Of a stretch of 64,000 nt of DNA, positions 1 through 10,866 are shown in pieces. The notes under the pieces are model-generated. The model was not told the DNA's origin and did no database searches. It saw nothing but the letters and a program-made list of their open reading frames with translations. The position numbers were made by a program, and so were the translations under genes. Source of the stretch: Candidatus Rokuibacteriota bacterium (GTDB lineage: Bacteria > Methylomirabilota > Methylomirabilia > Rokubacteriales > CSP1-6); the NCBI GenBank assembly GCA_016184125.1, contig JACPDG010000066.1, positions 1,145-65,144 on the forward strand. Direction: 5' to 3'. The first letter of the stretch is position 1. Every line of letters starts with the position of its first letter.

Positions 1-40
1 AGTCGTGTCGTTCGGACGCCGAACCTGTTCGGAGCGCTGG

Positions 41-391
41 TCAACCCCAGACCAATCCCTTTTCGCCTGCTCCTTTCCCGGCCCAGGCAAGTGGTCTTGA
101 CGTTGCCCGAACGAGGATGTCAATGCGTCGCCGACGCATCCCAGATGGCGTAGTCTCCTCGCGTGTTCGCTCGACACGGAGTGCGACACCTTGCAGATAC
201 GATGGCTTCGCACGGGTTTCGTGGAGCGCGAATACAACCCCCTCTCGAATGTGCTCTGGTTTGAGGACCCGCGAGCCGCTGATGAACGTTCCGTCTCCTC
301 GATGGTGTACGCGATTCTCGCCGCGGCACACGAGGTGAACCTCTTGGAGTCTCCGGGGAGAACGCTGCTGAGTACCCTTCGTTTGCGTCAT
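41..391 (-). CDS. hypothetical protein (~116 aa)
   Basis: ORF 41..424; ATG at 391 preceded by GAGGTG; lower GC than flanks; no family recognised. Confidence 0.6.
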   Translation of the reverse strand: MTQTKGTQQRSPRRLQEVHLVCRGENRVHHRGDGTFISGSRVLKPEHIREGVVFALHETRAKPSYLQGVALRVERTREETTPSGMRRRRIDILVRATSRPLAWAGKGAGEKGLVWG

Positions 392-447
392 CGGAGCACC
401 TCGCGCGTTTCGTTGCCCGTCCAACTAGAATTCGACTGCACGCCTCG

Positions 448-565
448 GCATCTAGGGTCAGATGCTGGTATCCAATGCTGGATGCAAGCATCTAGGGGTG
501 GAGGCCGCCGGAGCATCCACGGGTAGATGCTTTGCTGTTTGCACCTGGTATCTGGCATTGGATGC
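448..565. promoter_or_regulatory. array of five palindromic boxes GYATCY-N6-RGAKGC
   Basis: GCATCT-agggtc-AGATGC (448), GTATCC-aatgct-GGATGC (468), GCATCT-aggggt-GGAGGC (488), GCATCC-acgggt-AGATGC (513), GTATCT-ggcatt-GGATGC (548). Confidence 0.6.
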
Positions 566-859
566 CAGACTACTTCTCACGATCCGGTCATCCGGGTCGA
601 GCACTATGGCCTGTGTCGGCGTGCCCAGGGACCGGTCCCCGACCTCGCGATCGCGCTGACTCGGAGCCCGGCTCGGACTCATCATCGCCCTCACGGCGCG
701 GTCAGCCACGCGGTTCGTCGATGCTGAAGGGGCGGCGGGGCGCCTCAACGGTTGGCTGCCTCCTCCCCGCCTGCGCTATGCCGCCCGAAGATAGCCCTTT
801 GCCTTGCGGCCCGCAAGGGGCGGAGGACCATTAGTCAGAGACAGGCGGATGGCGCCCGG

Positions 860-1570
860 TCAGCGCTGCGCGCTCTGCCAGAGGACGTGACCGACGACGA
901 ACGGGCCCAGCGTCTCGAGGTACTGCGACGTCTGCACGGTCTTCCGCATCGCCTGCACGATGTGCGACAGCGGGTAGAGATCCCGGCCGACCAGACCGAT
1001 CACGAAGTCGTTGTCGCGCTCGTCGACGCCGTGGCACGCGAGCCTCACGTCGTGCGCGAGGTCGGCGTCGCCGTACGCGTGGCCGATCATGCCGTGCTCG
1101 CGCATGATCTCGCCCTGCTCCTTCGCCGACAGACGTGAGAACGCGCCGCTCCGGCGCAGCGGGTACCAGATCGCCCACGGCCACGCGGGGTTCAGCACCG
1201 TGCGGCGAGGCCGCTTCAGCAGCCAGTCCTCGAGATCCGCCTCGTACCCCGACGAGTACGTCCGGCCGAACATCCTCAGCGCGGGCTTCGGGACGAACGA
1301 CGCGAACGGCTCGCCGTTCAGGACTTCACGCCAGGCGCCGACGAAGAATGCCGGGTCCTCGCTGAGTCCGACGACCGCGACGCCGCGGGGGTCCATCACG
1401 TCCTGGTAGAGAACCCCCTCGATCCGGCTCGCCTCGAGCGCGCGCACGAGCGGCTTCGGGTCCGCGCAGCCGCCGAACGCCTGGAACTGCATCCACAGGC
1501 GGCGGTCGGACGCCTGGTTTCCGGCCCCACGCTCGCGCACGTCGACCCTGGTCTCGTCAGGACTGGCCAC
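860..1570 (-). CDS. chdC: coproheme decarboxylase (HemQ/ChdC, chlorite dismutase family)
   Basis: WYPLRRS motif, proximal EHGMIG, DNDFVIGL and C-terminal GPFVVG typical of Cld/ChdC. Confidence 0.75.
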   Translation of the reverse strand: MASPDETRVDVRERGAGNQASDRRLWMQFQAFGGCADPKPLVRALEASRIEGVLYQDVMDPRGVAVVGLSEDPAFFVGAWREVLNGEPFASFVPKPALRMFGRTYSSGYEADLEDWLLKRPRRTVLNPAWPWAIWYPLRRSGAFSRLSAKEQGEIMREHGMIGHAYGDADLAHDVRLACHGVDERDNDFVIGLVGRDLYPLSHIVQAMRKTVQTSQYLETLGPFVVGHVLWQSAQR

Positions 1571-1571
1571 G

Positions 1572-2597
1572 CTAGCCTCCCCGGGTGTGCATCTCGAGGT
1601 GCGGATCGCGCTTGAGCTGACCGATCTGCATGAGCGGCGAGCGGTCCCGGAGCGCGAGCCGCTCCTCGGCGCCGCGATCCACGCGCGCCGTCCACCCGCC
1701 GGCGATGAGCGCCTTCAGCTCGTCCACGGACGCGCCGCGCCGGAACGGACCCCGCAGGTCGATCCCCTGGAGCGCGTACAGGCACAGGTACCACATGCCG
1801 TCGGCGGTCAGCCGGCTCCGGTCGCAGTCCGAGCAGAACGGCGCGGTCGTCGACGAGATGATCCCGAAGACGGTGCCATCGGGCAGGCGGAACCGGTCGG
1901 CGGGCGCGGTCGACGTCTCGATCACGGGCTCGATCGTTCCGTAGCGGCGCTCGAGCATCGCCAGCATCTCGGCGCGGCTGAGCACGCTCGCCATCGCCCA
2001 CTGCGTCGCCCCGCCGACGTCCATGTACTCGATGAACCGCACCTCGGCCGGGACGGTCTTGCCGAACTCGATGAGGTCGGCGAGCTCCTCATCGTTCACG
2101 CCCTTGATGACGACGGTGTCGAGCTTCGTCCCCGTGAACCCGGCCTTCGTGACGGCCCGGATGCCCTCGAGCACCTGCGCGTGCGTGGTGCGGCGCGTGA
2201 GCCGCGTGAACCGCTCGGGCACGAGCGTGTCCAGGCTCACGGTCACGCGGTGGAGCCCCGCGTCCTTCAGCGCCGGCGCGTGCTCGGCGAGCAGGACACC
2301 ATTCGTCGTCAGCGCGAGATCCTTCAGGCGCGGCTTCGCGGCGAGCATCTCGACGAGCCGCGGCATGTCACGCCTGAGCAGTGGCTCGCCGCCGGTCAGC
2401 CGCACCTTGTCGACGCCGAGCTCGATGAAGACGTCGACGAGTGCCGCCATCTCCCCGAAGTGCAGGATCTCGTCGCGCGGCAGCCAGACGTACTCCTCCT
2501 CCGGCATGCAGTACTGGCAGCGGAGGTTGCAGCGATCGGTGACCGAGATCCTGAGGTTCTTGAGGAACCGACCCCACGTGTCTCGCACGGCCGTCAT
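1572..2597 (-). CDS. moaA: GTP 3',8-cyclase
   Basis: [35 protein letters not shown]-terminal GG. Confidence 0.95.
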   Translation of the reverse strand: MTAVRDTWGRFLKNLRISVTDRCNLRCQYCMPEEEYVWLPRDEILHFGEMAALVDVFIELGVDKVRLTGGEPLLRRDMPRLVEMLAAKPRLKDLALTTNGVLLAEHAPALKDAGLHRVTVSLDTLVPERFTRLTRRTTHAQVLEGIRAVTKAGFTGTKLDTVVIKGVNDEELADLIEFGKTVPAEVRFIEYMDVGGATQWAMASVLSRAEMLAMLERRYGTIEPVIETSTAPADRFRLPDGTVFGIISSTTAPFCSDCDRSRLTADGMWYLCLYALQGIDLRGPFRRGASVDELKALIAGGWTARVDRGAEERLALRDRSPLMQIGQLKRDPHLEMHTRGG

Positions 2598-4294
2598 CGC
2601 GTCGCCAGCGCCCCCTCATCCGCGTGGGCCCGCTCCCACTCCCTGAGGAGCCCCGCGCGCTTCACCCCGACGTCGAAGTGCTCCCACGGGAACCGCTCGT
2701 CGAGCCGCCGCCCGCGCGTGGTGTAGAAGTCCGGGTCGCCGTCCCACTCGCGGAGCGCGCGACGCCAGTCGCCATTGAAGCCCGCGGCGAGCTCGAGGAA
2801 TCCTGCCACGCGGCGGTCCCCGCGCGCGAGCAGCGCCTGGAGCGCCGCCTCGCGCGGGTTCTCGTGCAGCACGCGCACGTTCGAGAAGCGCCGCACCCCG
2901 CGCTTGATGATCTCCAGCTTCTTCTGGAGCGAATCGGTTCCGTCGAACGCCGCCCACTGGAAGGGCGTCCACGGCTTCGGCACGAACGACGAGATCGACA
3001 GCGTCAGCCGTCCGAACGGCCGGCCCTGCCCGTCCAGCACGCGCAGCCGCTCCAGCATCCGCGCGGCGAGGTCGGGGATCGCCTCGACGTCCTCGATCGT
3101 CTCCGTCGGCTGCCCGATCATGAAGTACGTCTTGAGGTTCGGGATGCCGCGCCGGCGGACCACGTCGCAGGCGGCCATGATCTGCTCGTCGCTGATCGCC
3201 TTGCGGATGACGCGTCGGAGCCGGTCCGTCCCCGCCTCGGGCGCGATCGTGAGCGTGCGGTGCCCGCCGCGCGCCAGCGCGGACACGAGGCCCTCGGTCA
3301 GGCTGTCCGCCCGGATCGACGAGATCGACACCTCGAGCCCGGCGTCCTGGATGACGTCGAGGAGCTGGCCGATCCACGGGTAATCGGAGACACACGCGCC
3401 CACGAGCCCGATCCGCGTGCCGCCTTCTGCCGCGATCTTGCGGACGGTCTCGCCGAGCGCCTCGACCGACCGGTGACGGACGGGCCGGTACACCTGGCCC
3501 TCGAGGCAGAACCGGCACCCGCGCCCGCAGCCCTTGCCGACCTCGACGAGCGCCATGTGCCCGTATTCCGCGTTCGGAGTCTTCACCAGCGAGATCGTCT
3601 CGAACCGGTTGACGTCGCGCAGGCGGCGCTTCACGACGATGGCGGGCGCCCCGCCACGCGGCTTCACCTCGGCGATGGTCCCGTCGGTTTCGTAGCCGAC
3701 GTCGTAGCGCTCCGGGACGTACATGCCCGGAATCGAGGCGACCCCGTCGAGGAACGCCTCGCGGTCGTCGAAGCCCTCGCGGTACGCCGCCACGAGCTCC
3801 CCGGCGATCTCCTCGCCCTCCCCAACGACGACCACGTCCATGAACGGGGCGATCGGCTCGGGGTTCGAGAACGCGCAGACCCCGCCCATGAGCACGATCG
3901 GATGCTCGCGACGCCGGTCGGCCGGACGGAGCGGGATTCCCGCCAGCGCCAGCAGCCGCAGGACGTTCAGGTAGTCGCCCTCGAACGTCACGGAGAAGCC
4001 GACCATGTGGAAGTCGGTCAGCGGGCGCATGGACTCGAGCGAGAACGGCGCGGTCCCGGTGCGGCGGAGCTCCTCGAGATCCTCGTAGTCGGGCAGGAAC
4101 ACGCGCTCGCACACCACGTCGGGCAATTGGTTGAGGTGCCAGTACATCGTCTGGAACCCCAGGTTGGACATCCCGACGGCATACGTGTTCGGGTAGACGA
4201 GGGCGACGGCGATCTTGCCGCCCCAGTCCTTGTAGATCGTGCCCTCCTCCTGGGAGAGCAGAGCTTGGGCCTTTCGCTTCAGATTCCAGGACAT
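2594..4294 (-). CDS. radical SAM protein with B12-binding-like N-terminal domain
   Basis: [14 protein letters not shown]-terminus; GCGRGCRFC CxxxCxxC; APEAGT; [11 protein letters not shown]. Confidence 0.85.
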   Translation of the reverse strand: MSWNLKRKAQALLSQEEGTIYKDWGGKIAVALVYPNTYAVGMSNLGFQTMYWHLNQLPDVVCERVFLPDYEDLEELRRTGTAPFSLESMRPLTDFHMVGFSVTFEGDYLNVLRLLALAGIPLRPADRRREHPIVLMGGVCAFSNPEPIAPFMDVVVVGEGEEIAGELVAAYREGFDDREAFLDGVASIPGMYVPERYDVGYETDGTIAEVKPRGGAPAIVVKRRLRDVNRFETISLVKTPNAEYGHMALVEVGKGCGRGCRFCLEGQVYRPVRHRSVEALGETVRKIAAEGGTRIGLVGACVSDYPWIGQLLDVIQDAGLEVSISSIRADSLTEGLVSALARGGHRTLTIAPEAGTDRLRRVIRKAISDEQIMAACDVVRRRGIPNLKTYFMIGQPTETIEDVEAIPDLAARMLERLRVLDGQGRPFGRLTLSISSFVPKPWTPFQWAAFDGTDSLQKKLEIIKRGVRRFSNVRVLHENPREAALQALLARGDRRVAGFLELAAGFNGDWRRALREWDGDPDFYTTRGRRLDERFPWEHFDVGVKRAGLLREWERAHADEGALATR

Positions 4295-4315
4295 CCTGGC
4301 CAGTCTATCGCGACT

Positions 4316-5710
4316 TCAGCCTTTGATCACGCCCATCGGTCGCATGCGGGCCACGCGCCGCGAGATGCCGAACTGGTGGACGACGTCCACGACGTGCTTC
4401 ACGTCCTTGTAAGCCTCCGGCATCTCCTCGGTCAGCGCGTGACGGCCGGTGGCGCGGGCGACGACCCCGCGCTCGCGCAACTCCTCGTCGATGCGCCGCC
4501 CGCGCGCCGCCTTCACCGCCGCGGTCCGGCTCATCACGCGCCCGGCGCCGTGGCAGGTGCTTCCGAAGGTCTCGCGCATGGCGCGCTCGGTGCCGACGAG
4601 GAGGAACGAGTACCGTCCCATGTCACCCGGCACCAGCACGGGCTGGTCGGGGAACGCGCGCGTGGCGCCCTTGCGATGCACGATCAGCTTCCGGCGCCGG
4701 CCGTTGACCTCGTGCTCCTCTTCCTTCGCGATGTTGTGCGCCACGTCGTACAGGATGCGCACGCTCGACGGTGCCAGCCCGAGCACGCGCGCGAGCACCT
4801 CGCGTGTCCAGTGCGTCATGACCTGGCGGTTGGCGAACGCGAAGTTCGCCGCCGATCGCATCGCCCCGAGATACCGTCGCGCCTCCTCGGAGTCGGCGGG
4901 GGCGCACGCGAGCTGGCGGTCGGGGACGGAGATCCGGTAGCGCTTGAGCGCCGCCTCGCTGACCTTGAGGTAATCCGTGCACACCTGGTGGCCAAACCCG
5001 CGAGAACCCGTGTGGATCAGGACGGTCACCTGCCCCACGTGGACGCCGAGACGCTCGGCCCACGCCGGATCGTAGACCTCGTCGATGACCTGCACCTCGA
5101 GGAAATGGTTGCCCGAGCCGAGCGTGCCGAGCTGCTGGAGTCCGCGCTCCATCGCGTGGTCGGAGACGGCGTCGGGTTGCGCGCCATCGATCCGCCCGCG
5201 GGACTCGATGTGGTCGAGATCCTCGGCGAGCCCGTACCCCTGCGCGACGGCCCAGCCGGCGCCGCCGGTCGCAGCGGCGCTGAGCGCCTTGCGGTCCACG
5301 CGGAGCCCACCCTTCGCGCCAACCCCCGTCGGGATCGCGTCGTAGAGCGCGCCGACGAGCACGGGGAGTCGCGGACGGACATCCGCTTCCTCCAGCGTCG
5401 TCGCGAGCAGCCGCACGCCACAGTTGATGTCGAAGCCGATCGCGCCCGGGCTGACGACGCCGTCCCGCGCGTCCGTCGCGATCACGCCGCCCACCGGCAA
5501 CCCGTAGCCCTGGTGGATGTCCGGCATCGCGAACGCGCCCTTCACGATGCCGGGCAGCGTCGCGCCGTTCGCGAGCTGCTCGAGTGACGCGTCGGTCCTG
5601 ATCTGCGTCATGAGCGCCTCGTCCGCGACGACGAATCCGGGCACCCGCATGCCCGGTTTCGCGTCCATCGGGATGCGCCAGAGATAGGGTCCAACCTGCT
5701 CGACGTTCAC
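4316..5710 (-). CDS. rtcB: RtcB family RNA ligase
   Basis: MPDIHQGYG, GFDINCGVR, GSGNHFLE, HRKGATRA, HGAGR, EEMPEAYKDV. Confidence 0.95.
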   Translation of the reverse strand: MNVEQVGPYLWRIPMDAKPGMRVPGFVVADEALMTQIRTDASLEQLANGATLPGIVKGAFAMPDIHQGYGLPVGGVIATDARDGVVSPGAIGFDINCGVRLLATTLEEADVRPRLPVLVGALYDAIPTGVGAKGGLRVDRKALSAAATGGAGWAVAQGYGLAEDLDHIESRGRIDGAQPDAVSDHAMERGLQQLGTLGSGNHFLEVQVIDEVYDPAWAERLGVHVGQVTVLIHTGSRGFGHQVCTDYLKVSEAALKRYRISVPDRQLACAPADSEEARRYLGAMRSAANFAFANRQVMTHWTREVLARVLGLAPSSVRILYDVAHNIAKEEEHEVNGRRRKLIVHRKGATRAFPDQPVLVPGDMGRYSFLLVGTERAMRETFGSTCHGAGRVMSRTAAVKAARGRRIDEELRERGVVARATGRHALTEEMPEAYKDVKHVVDVVHQFGISRRVARMRPMGVIKG

Positions 5711-5723
5711 GAGACCACCGTTT

Positions 5724-5961
5724 TCATGGGGGGACTATCGAGGCCCCCCATACCCCCCGCGCTCGGAGCGCCCCGGCACAGCCGTGGCGCTCCTCGATCA
5801 CCGGTTTCGTTCACAGGATTCCCCGGGGCGCGTGGAGCGCGGGGTCTGGAGCATTGTCGGCCCTCCTGTCCGCCGAGCGAACTCGAGCAGCGGTCCGGGT
5901 TCCCCCGGGCCGCTTGCGAGCGGTCGGGGGGCTTGGGGGGCCCTTCGAGGCCCCCCATGAA
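5724..5961. repeat. inverted pair of two-hairpin dispersed repeats (copies a +, b -)
   Basis: TCATGGGGGGACTATCGAGGCCCCCC...TTTCGTTCAC on +; TCATGGGGGGCCTCGAAGGGCCCCCC... on -. Confidence 0.85.
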
Positions 5962-5962
5962 T

Positions 5963-6751
5963 TCAGGGCGCGGCGACCGTGGAGGTGCGGCGGTGCACCC
6001 AGACGAACCCGATCACGGCGATCAGCACGCCGATGAGGCTCGCCGCCTGCGGCACCCGCACCGAGCCGACCCAGAAGCTGTCGAGCCTCAGCCCCTCGAT
6101 GAGGAACCGGCCGACCGAGTAGAGCCCGATGTACGTGAAGAACACCGCGCCCGGACGCTTGCGGAAGCGCGGCCGGACGGCCGAAACGAGCATGAGAAAG
6201 ACCGCGAGGTCCCACAGCGACTCGTAGAGGAACGTGGGATGGAAATAGTCGTACTGCGCGTAGCCGGGCGGGCGATGCGACGGCGAGATGTAGAGCTTCC
6301 ACGGCAAGTCCGTCGGACGGCCGAAGGCCTCCTCGTTGAAGAAGTTCCCCCATCGCCCGATCGCCTGCCCGATCGCGAGGCCCGGCGCCGCGACGTCGAG
6401 CCCCCGCAGCACGGGGACGCGCCAGCGCCAGGCGAGCAGCGCGCCGACGAGCGGACCGACGATGAGACCGCCGTGGATCGCGAGACCGCCTTCCCACACC
6501 GCGGGGATCTTCCACGGGTACTCGCCGTAGTAATCCCAGTTGAACGCGACCTCGTACAGGCGCGCACCGACCAGGCCGGCCAGGATCGACCACTGCCCGA
6601 TGCTGATGATGTCGTCGGCCGGCAGCTTTTCCCGGCGCGCCTCGCGGTACGCGAGCCAGAGTCCCACGACGATCGACACCGCCATGAGGATGCCGTACCA
6701 CCGCACCGGCAGCGGGCCGATGTAGAACGCGATCGCGCCGGGCGAGGACAT
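5963..6751 (-). CDS. lgt: prolipoprotein diacylglyceryl transferase
   Basis: VRWYG, GARLY, WEGGLAIHGG, GRWGNFFNEEAFG, HPTFLYES. Confidence 0.95.
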   Translation of the reverse strand: MSSPGAIAFYIGPLPVRWYGILMAVSIVVGLWLAYREARREKLPADDIISIGQWSILAGLVGARLYEVAFNWDYYGEYPWKIPAVWEGGLAIHGGLIVGPLVGALLAWRWRVPVLRGLDVAAPGLAIGQAIGRWGNFFNEEAFGRPTDLPWKLYISPSHRPPGYAQYDYFHPTFLYESLWDLAVFLMLVSAVRPRFRKRPGAVFFTYIGLYSVGRFLIEGLRLDSFWVGSVRVPQAASLIGVLIAVIGFVWVHRRTSTVAAP

Positions 6752-6789
6752 GACTGACGTAAGATATCGTTTCGACTCCGATTCGTCCA

Positions 6790-7431
6790 ATGAAGTCCCG
6801 CATCCGGCGCCTCACCGTCCCGCTCGTCCTGCTCGCCGGGCTCGTCACCCTGGCGGCGTTCGCGCTGCCCGCCGTCGGGCTCTGGCTCGTCGTCGCGGAC
6901 GCGCTCGTCCCGAGCGACGCGATCATCGTCCTGGACGGCCGCACGCCGGCGCGTGAGCTCGGCGCCGCGTCGCTCTACCACGCGCGGTTCGCGCCGGTCG
7001 TCGTCCTCGCACGACCGCGCGACATCGTGGGCGAGATCCCGCGACGTCTCGCGGGCCTCCCCACATCGCAGGAGCACGCCGCGCAGGTGCTGCGCCATGT
7101 CCGCGTTCCCGATCGCGCGATCGTCCGCGCCACGGAGATCGCCGACAACACCGAGCAGGAGCTCTCCATCGACTTCGAGCTCGCGCGCGCCCGCGGCTTC
7201 CGGCGGGTGATCATGGTCACGTCGCCCTCGCACACCCGCCGCGTGAAGACCATCTGGCGCCCCTACGACGACCGCGTGCAGGGCCTCGTCTATCCCACAC
7301 CCTGGGAACGCTTCCCCGCCGAGCGCTGGTGGCAGTCGCGCAAGGCGCTCGAGACGACCGTGCACGAGCTGTTCGGCCTGCTGAACCTCGCGCTCGGCAG
7401 CCCGCTGACGACGTTCGACCGCGACGATTGA
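6790..7431 (+). CDS. YdcF/DUF218 (ElyC/SanA-like) protein
   Basis: N-terminal TM, DAIIVLDG, VIMVTSPSHTRR, HELFG. Confidence 0.8.
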   Translation: MKSRIRRLTVPLVLLAGLVTLAAFALPAVGLWLVVADALVPSDAIIVLDGRTPARELGAASLYHARFAPVVVLARPRDIVGEIPRRLAGLPTSQEHAAQVLRHVRVPDRAIVRATEIADNTEQELSIDFELARARGFRRVIMVTSPSHTRRVKTIWRPYDDRVQGLVYPTPWERFPAERWWQSRKALETTVHELFGLLNLALGSPLTTFDRDD

Positions 7432-7504
7432 GAGTTCGCCGGGGCCTCCGCACCGGCCCCGACACCGTAGCGTTCGCGAGGCTCGGAGTGAACCGAGACC
7501 CGTC

Positions 7505-7990
7505 TCAGGCAGCCCGCTTCGCGGCCCGCCGCCGGCGCGAGGCCGAGGTCCGGCTTGCGGTCTTCCGCGCCTTCGCCTTCGTCCCCGTCTTGGCCGCGCG
7601 GCGCCGGCCCGTATCGTGCCGCCGGTACTCGCGGCCGTACTCCCGTCGCGCCTCGTGCGCCTTCGCGCCGGCCTCGCCCACGGTTCGCGCGATCTTGCCG
7701 CCCGCGGTCGGCGCCGCGGGCTTGGCCGTGGAGCGGCGCCTCGTCGTCGCTCCTCGTGCCGCCTGCGGGTCCGAGGGACCGCGCCAGCCCTTGGGGACCC
7801 ACCGATCGCCTTCCTTCCTGTACTGGTGCTTCAGCGAGGCGAAGGCGACCCGGTGAGCGCGCGACCCCTCGCCGTACGTCTCGACGGCGCTGTCGTGCGT
7901 CTTCTTCCAGATCAGCTGCGCCTGCCGGTCGGACTGGCGGATCGTCCGCGGCACCTTGGTCCGGTCACGCCCACCCTTGTCGCGAGGCAT
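7505..7990 (-). CDS. ChaB family protein with basic C-terminal tail
   Basis: P-x-TIRQS...AQ.IW.KTHDSAVETYGEG.RAHRVAFASLKH.Y.K.GDRW. Confidence 0.8.
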   Translation of the reverse strand: MPRDKGGRDRTKVPRTIRQSDRQAQLIWKKTHDSAVETYGEGSRAHRVAFASLKHQYRKEGDRWVPKGWRGPSDPQAARGATTRRRSTAKPAAPTAGGKIARTVGEAGAKAHEARREYGREYRRHDTGRRRAAKTGTKAKARKTASRTSASRRRRAAKRAA

Positions 7991-8258
7991 CTTGCTATCC
8001 TCCCCGCGGCGCGCGTCCGCGGCGCCGCCCTCGAAGTCTCCCAGCAAGGCCGGCGCCGCCGAGTCGCTGGTGCTGGTGGAGAGAGCCGAACCCCTATGAC
8101 CCAGGCCCCGTCAGCCTATTAACCACTGTTGGGGCGGGTTTGCGAACGCCCGATCGGGCGTGAGCGGGGCTGATCGGCGCCAACCGGAGACAGTTTTGTC
8201 ACACCCGTCACGCCCTGGTCGTGTGATGGAGTGAGCGATGTTACAGTCAGAGAGCGGA

Positions 8259-8347
8259 GCCGGGGTGGCGGAATTGGCAGACGCAGCGCCCTTAAAAGGC
8301 GCTGGTCCAGGGCGGCCGTGCGGGTTCGATCCCCGCCCCCGGCACCA
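8259..8347 (+). tRNA. tRNA-Leu(TAA)
   Basis: GCCGGGG/CCCCGGC acceptor, anticodon arm GCGCC-CTTAAAA-GGCGC, long variable arm, GTTCGA, encoded CCA. Confidence 0.95.
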
Positions 8348-8529
8348 AGCTCTCCGTGGCAGAACGAAGGCGGGTCGCGCCTCTGGTCAACGGGCGCCGC
8401 GGCGAACCCACACCGCGACGCCGGCGAGAAATCCGAGGCATGGAGGATGCGCAGGACCCGTTTCCCACCAGCACGCGCCGTCGGTCGTCGAACGGCGGCT
8501 TCGCTCCCTGCGACGAGCTGCTTGGCGCG

Positions 8530-8755
8530 CGCGAACTCCAGGAGTACCGGAAGAAGCGCCGCCTGAAGAAGACCCCTGAGCCAGCCGCGACGCCGAAAGC
8601 GTCCAGGTCCGGACAGCTCTTCGTGTTCAGAAGCACCGGGCAAGCCAGCTGCACTACGACTTCCGCCTGGAGGCGGATCGCGCGTTGAAGTCGTGGTCGA
8701 TCCCGAAGGGGCCCTCGCTCGATCCGGCGGTCAAGCGCTTCGCCGTGGCCGTCGC
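8530..8755 (+). pseudogene. LigD 3'-phosphoesterase domain fragment
   Basis: LQEYRKKR..KKTPEP, then frameshift to [15 protein letters not shown]...[20 protein letters not shown]; truncated against the aconitase end. Confidence 0.8.
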
Positions 8756-8769
8756 TCCGCCAGACCCCG

Positions 8770-10866
8770 TCAACTGCCGTCCACCTGATCCTGCGGGATC
8801 GGGTTGGTGACCAGCGAGCCCTGATCGACGAGCCCGCTCGCCCCGCGATGCACGCTCATGGGGACGAGGCCGCCGCCCTGGAGCCAGGCGATGAGGCCAC
8901 CGGCGAGGAGCACCTCGCGCTCTCTCGACGAGAAGCGGCCGAGGACCGTGAATCGGGCATCGGTTTCTCGCACCCGCACGAAGAGGCGCTCGGCACCGCT
9001 TTCGAGCGCGCGGCGGACGTCGGAAATCTCCCACGTGTCTCCCTGTCGCGCGCGCCCGAGGTCCTCCTCCCCGGTGAAGACCAGCGGGACGATCCCCTGG
9101 GTGATCAGGTTGCGCCGGTGGATGCGCGCGAACGAACGGGCGACCACCGCGGTGACGCCGAGGAACTTCGGGGCGAGCGCCGCATGCTCGCGGCTCGACC
9201 CCTGGCCGTAGTTGTGGCCCGCCACGATGAAGCCGCCGCCCCACGCATGCGCGCGCTCCGCGAAGCCGCGGTCGAAGCGACGGAGCGTGTAGCGGGAGAT
9301 GGCGGCCACGTTGGAGCGGAACGCCATCACGATCGCCCCATCCGGCGCCAGGTCGCCAGTGGAGATGTCGTCGGGCAGCACGATCAGCACGCGACCGCGG
9401 AGCGACTCGCGCAGCGGTGATTGTGCCGGCGGCGACTGGATGTTCGGCCCGCGCACGATCTCGATCCTGGCCGCCTCCTCGGGCGGAGGAGGGGGCAGGA
9501 TGTTGCGATCGTCGATCGCCGGGTTGGCCAGCGGCGGCGCGATACGTGGCGCCTCGCCGAGATCACGGGGATCGGTGATGACGCCGGTGAGCGCGGCAGC
9601 TGCCGCCGTGGCCGGGCTCGCCAGATAGACCTGATCGTTCTCCGTGCCGCTTCGTCCCGGAAAGTTCCGGTTGAACGTGCGCACGGAGATCGTGCCGGTC
9701 GCCGGCGCCTGCCCCATGCCGACGCACGGCCCACACGCCGGCTCGAGCATGCGGGCGCCGGCCGCGATCAGATCGCGGTAGGTGCTCGTGGCAACCAGCG
9801 TGTCCAGGATCTGTCGCGAGCCCGGCGTCACCGTGAGCGAGACGCGTGGGTGAACTGTCTTGCCCCGGAGCACGGCGGCCACGATGGCGAGATCCTCGTA
9901 TCCAGAGTTCACGGAGCTGCCCACGCAGACCTGACGCACCTCGCGTCCCGCCACGCCGCGCACGGGCAGCACGTTGCCGGGACTCCCCGGCGTGGCGATC
10001 AGCGGCTCGAGGCGATCGAGTTCGATCACCTCGTCCTCGTCGTATCGCGCGCCGGGTTCTGCGGCGCGCTCGACCCAGTGATCCTCCCGCCGTTGATAGC
10101 GGAGCCACTCACGGGTGCGCTCATCGGATGGAAACAGTCCCGTCGTCGCGCCGGTCTCGACGATCATGTTGCAGATGGTCGCGCGCTCGGTGACGCGGAG
10201 CGTCGCTGCCCCCGGCCCGTAGAACTCGAAGATGGCGCCGCGGCCGCCACGCACGCCGCGCCGTCGCAAGATCTCCAGGACCACGTCCTTCGCCTGCACC
10301 CACGGCGACAGCTCACCCTCGAGCCGCACGCCCACGATCCACGGCGTCTCTAGAGGGAACGGGTAGCCTCCGAGCACGCACGCGACCTCGAGACCGCCGG
10401 CGCCGATCGCGACCATGCCGAGCGCGCCCGAGGTGGTCGTGTGACTGTCCGCGCCCACCAGGACCTCCCCCGGTCGCGCGAAGCGCTCGACGTGCAGGTA
10501 GTGACAGATGCCGTTGCCTGGCTGCGAGTAATGGAGACCGTAGCGAGCACAGAAGCCTTGGAGGAATCGATGGTCGTCAGGGTTCTTGAAGTCGAGAGCG
10601 AGCACGTTGTGGTCGACGTACACGATCGCTGAGGGAAGGCGGATTCGGTCGAAGCCGAAGGCCTCGAACTGACGAAGTGCAGGTCCCACGTCTTCTTCTC
10701 CAGACGGCGAGGGGCCCGGCTGAGCGAGCTGCTCGAGCTGGAGGCACGCCATCGTCCCGGTGGCGTCCTGGAGCAATGCCTGATCGACCCGGAGCTGGAC
10801 TTCCTCGCCCGGGACGAGCTGGCCGTCGATCAAGTGCTCGGAAAGAATCTGATGCGTGAGCGTCAT
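8770..10866 (-). CDS. aconitate hydratase (short type)
   Basis: [56 protein letters not shown]. Confidence 0.9.
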   Translation of the reverse strand: MTLTHQILSEHLIDGQLVPGEEVQLRVDQALLQDATGTMACLQLEQLAQPGPSPSGEEDVGPALRQFEAFGFDRIRLPSAIVYVDHNVLALDFKNPDDHRFLQGFCARYGLHYSQPGNGICHYLHVERFARPGEVLVGADSHTTTSGALGMVAIGAGGLEVACVLGGYPFPLETPWIVGVRLEGELSPWVQAKDVVLEILRRRGVRGGRGAIFEFYGPGAATLRVTERATICNMIVETGATTGLFPSDERTREWLRYQRREDHWVERAAEPGARYDEDEVIELDRLEPLIATPGSPGNVLPVRGVAGREVRQVCVGSSVNSGYEDLAIVAAVLRGKTVHPRVSLTVTPGSRQILDTLVATSTYRDLIAAGARMLEPACGPCVGMGQAPATGTISVRTFNRNFPGRSGTENDQVYLASPATAAAAALTGVITDPRDLGEAPRIAPPLANPAIDDRNILPPPPPEEAARIEIVRGPNIQSPPAQSPLRESLRGRVLIVLPDDISTGDLAPDGAIVMAFRSNVAAISRYTLRRFDRGFAERAHAWGGGFIVAGHNYGQGSSREHAALAPKFLGVTAVVARSFARIHRRNLITQGIVPLVFTGEEDLGRARQGDTWEISDVRRALESGAERLFVRVRETDARFTVLGRFSSREREVLLAGGLIAWLQGGGLVPMSVHRGASGLVDQGSLVTNPIPQDQVDGS

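Noticed and set aside
2624-5587. 987-aa plus-strand ORF and similar long ORFs (21523..23724, 33545..35509, 46666..48450)
   Set aside because: They are antisense shadows of well-supported genes, expected at high GC3, with no recognisable motifs.
8050-8200. tRNA/tmRNA-like 3' end (…GGGGTTCGGCTCTCTCCACCA on the minus strand)
   Set aside because: No matching acceptor 5' strand or cloverleaf could be built; it is left as unexplained intergenic sequence.
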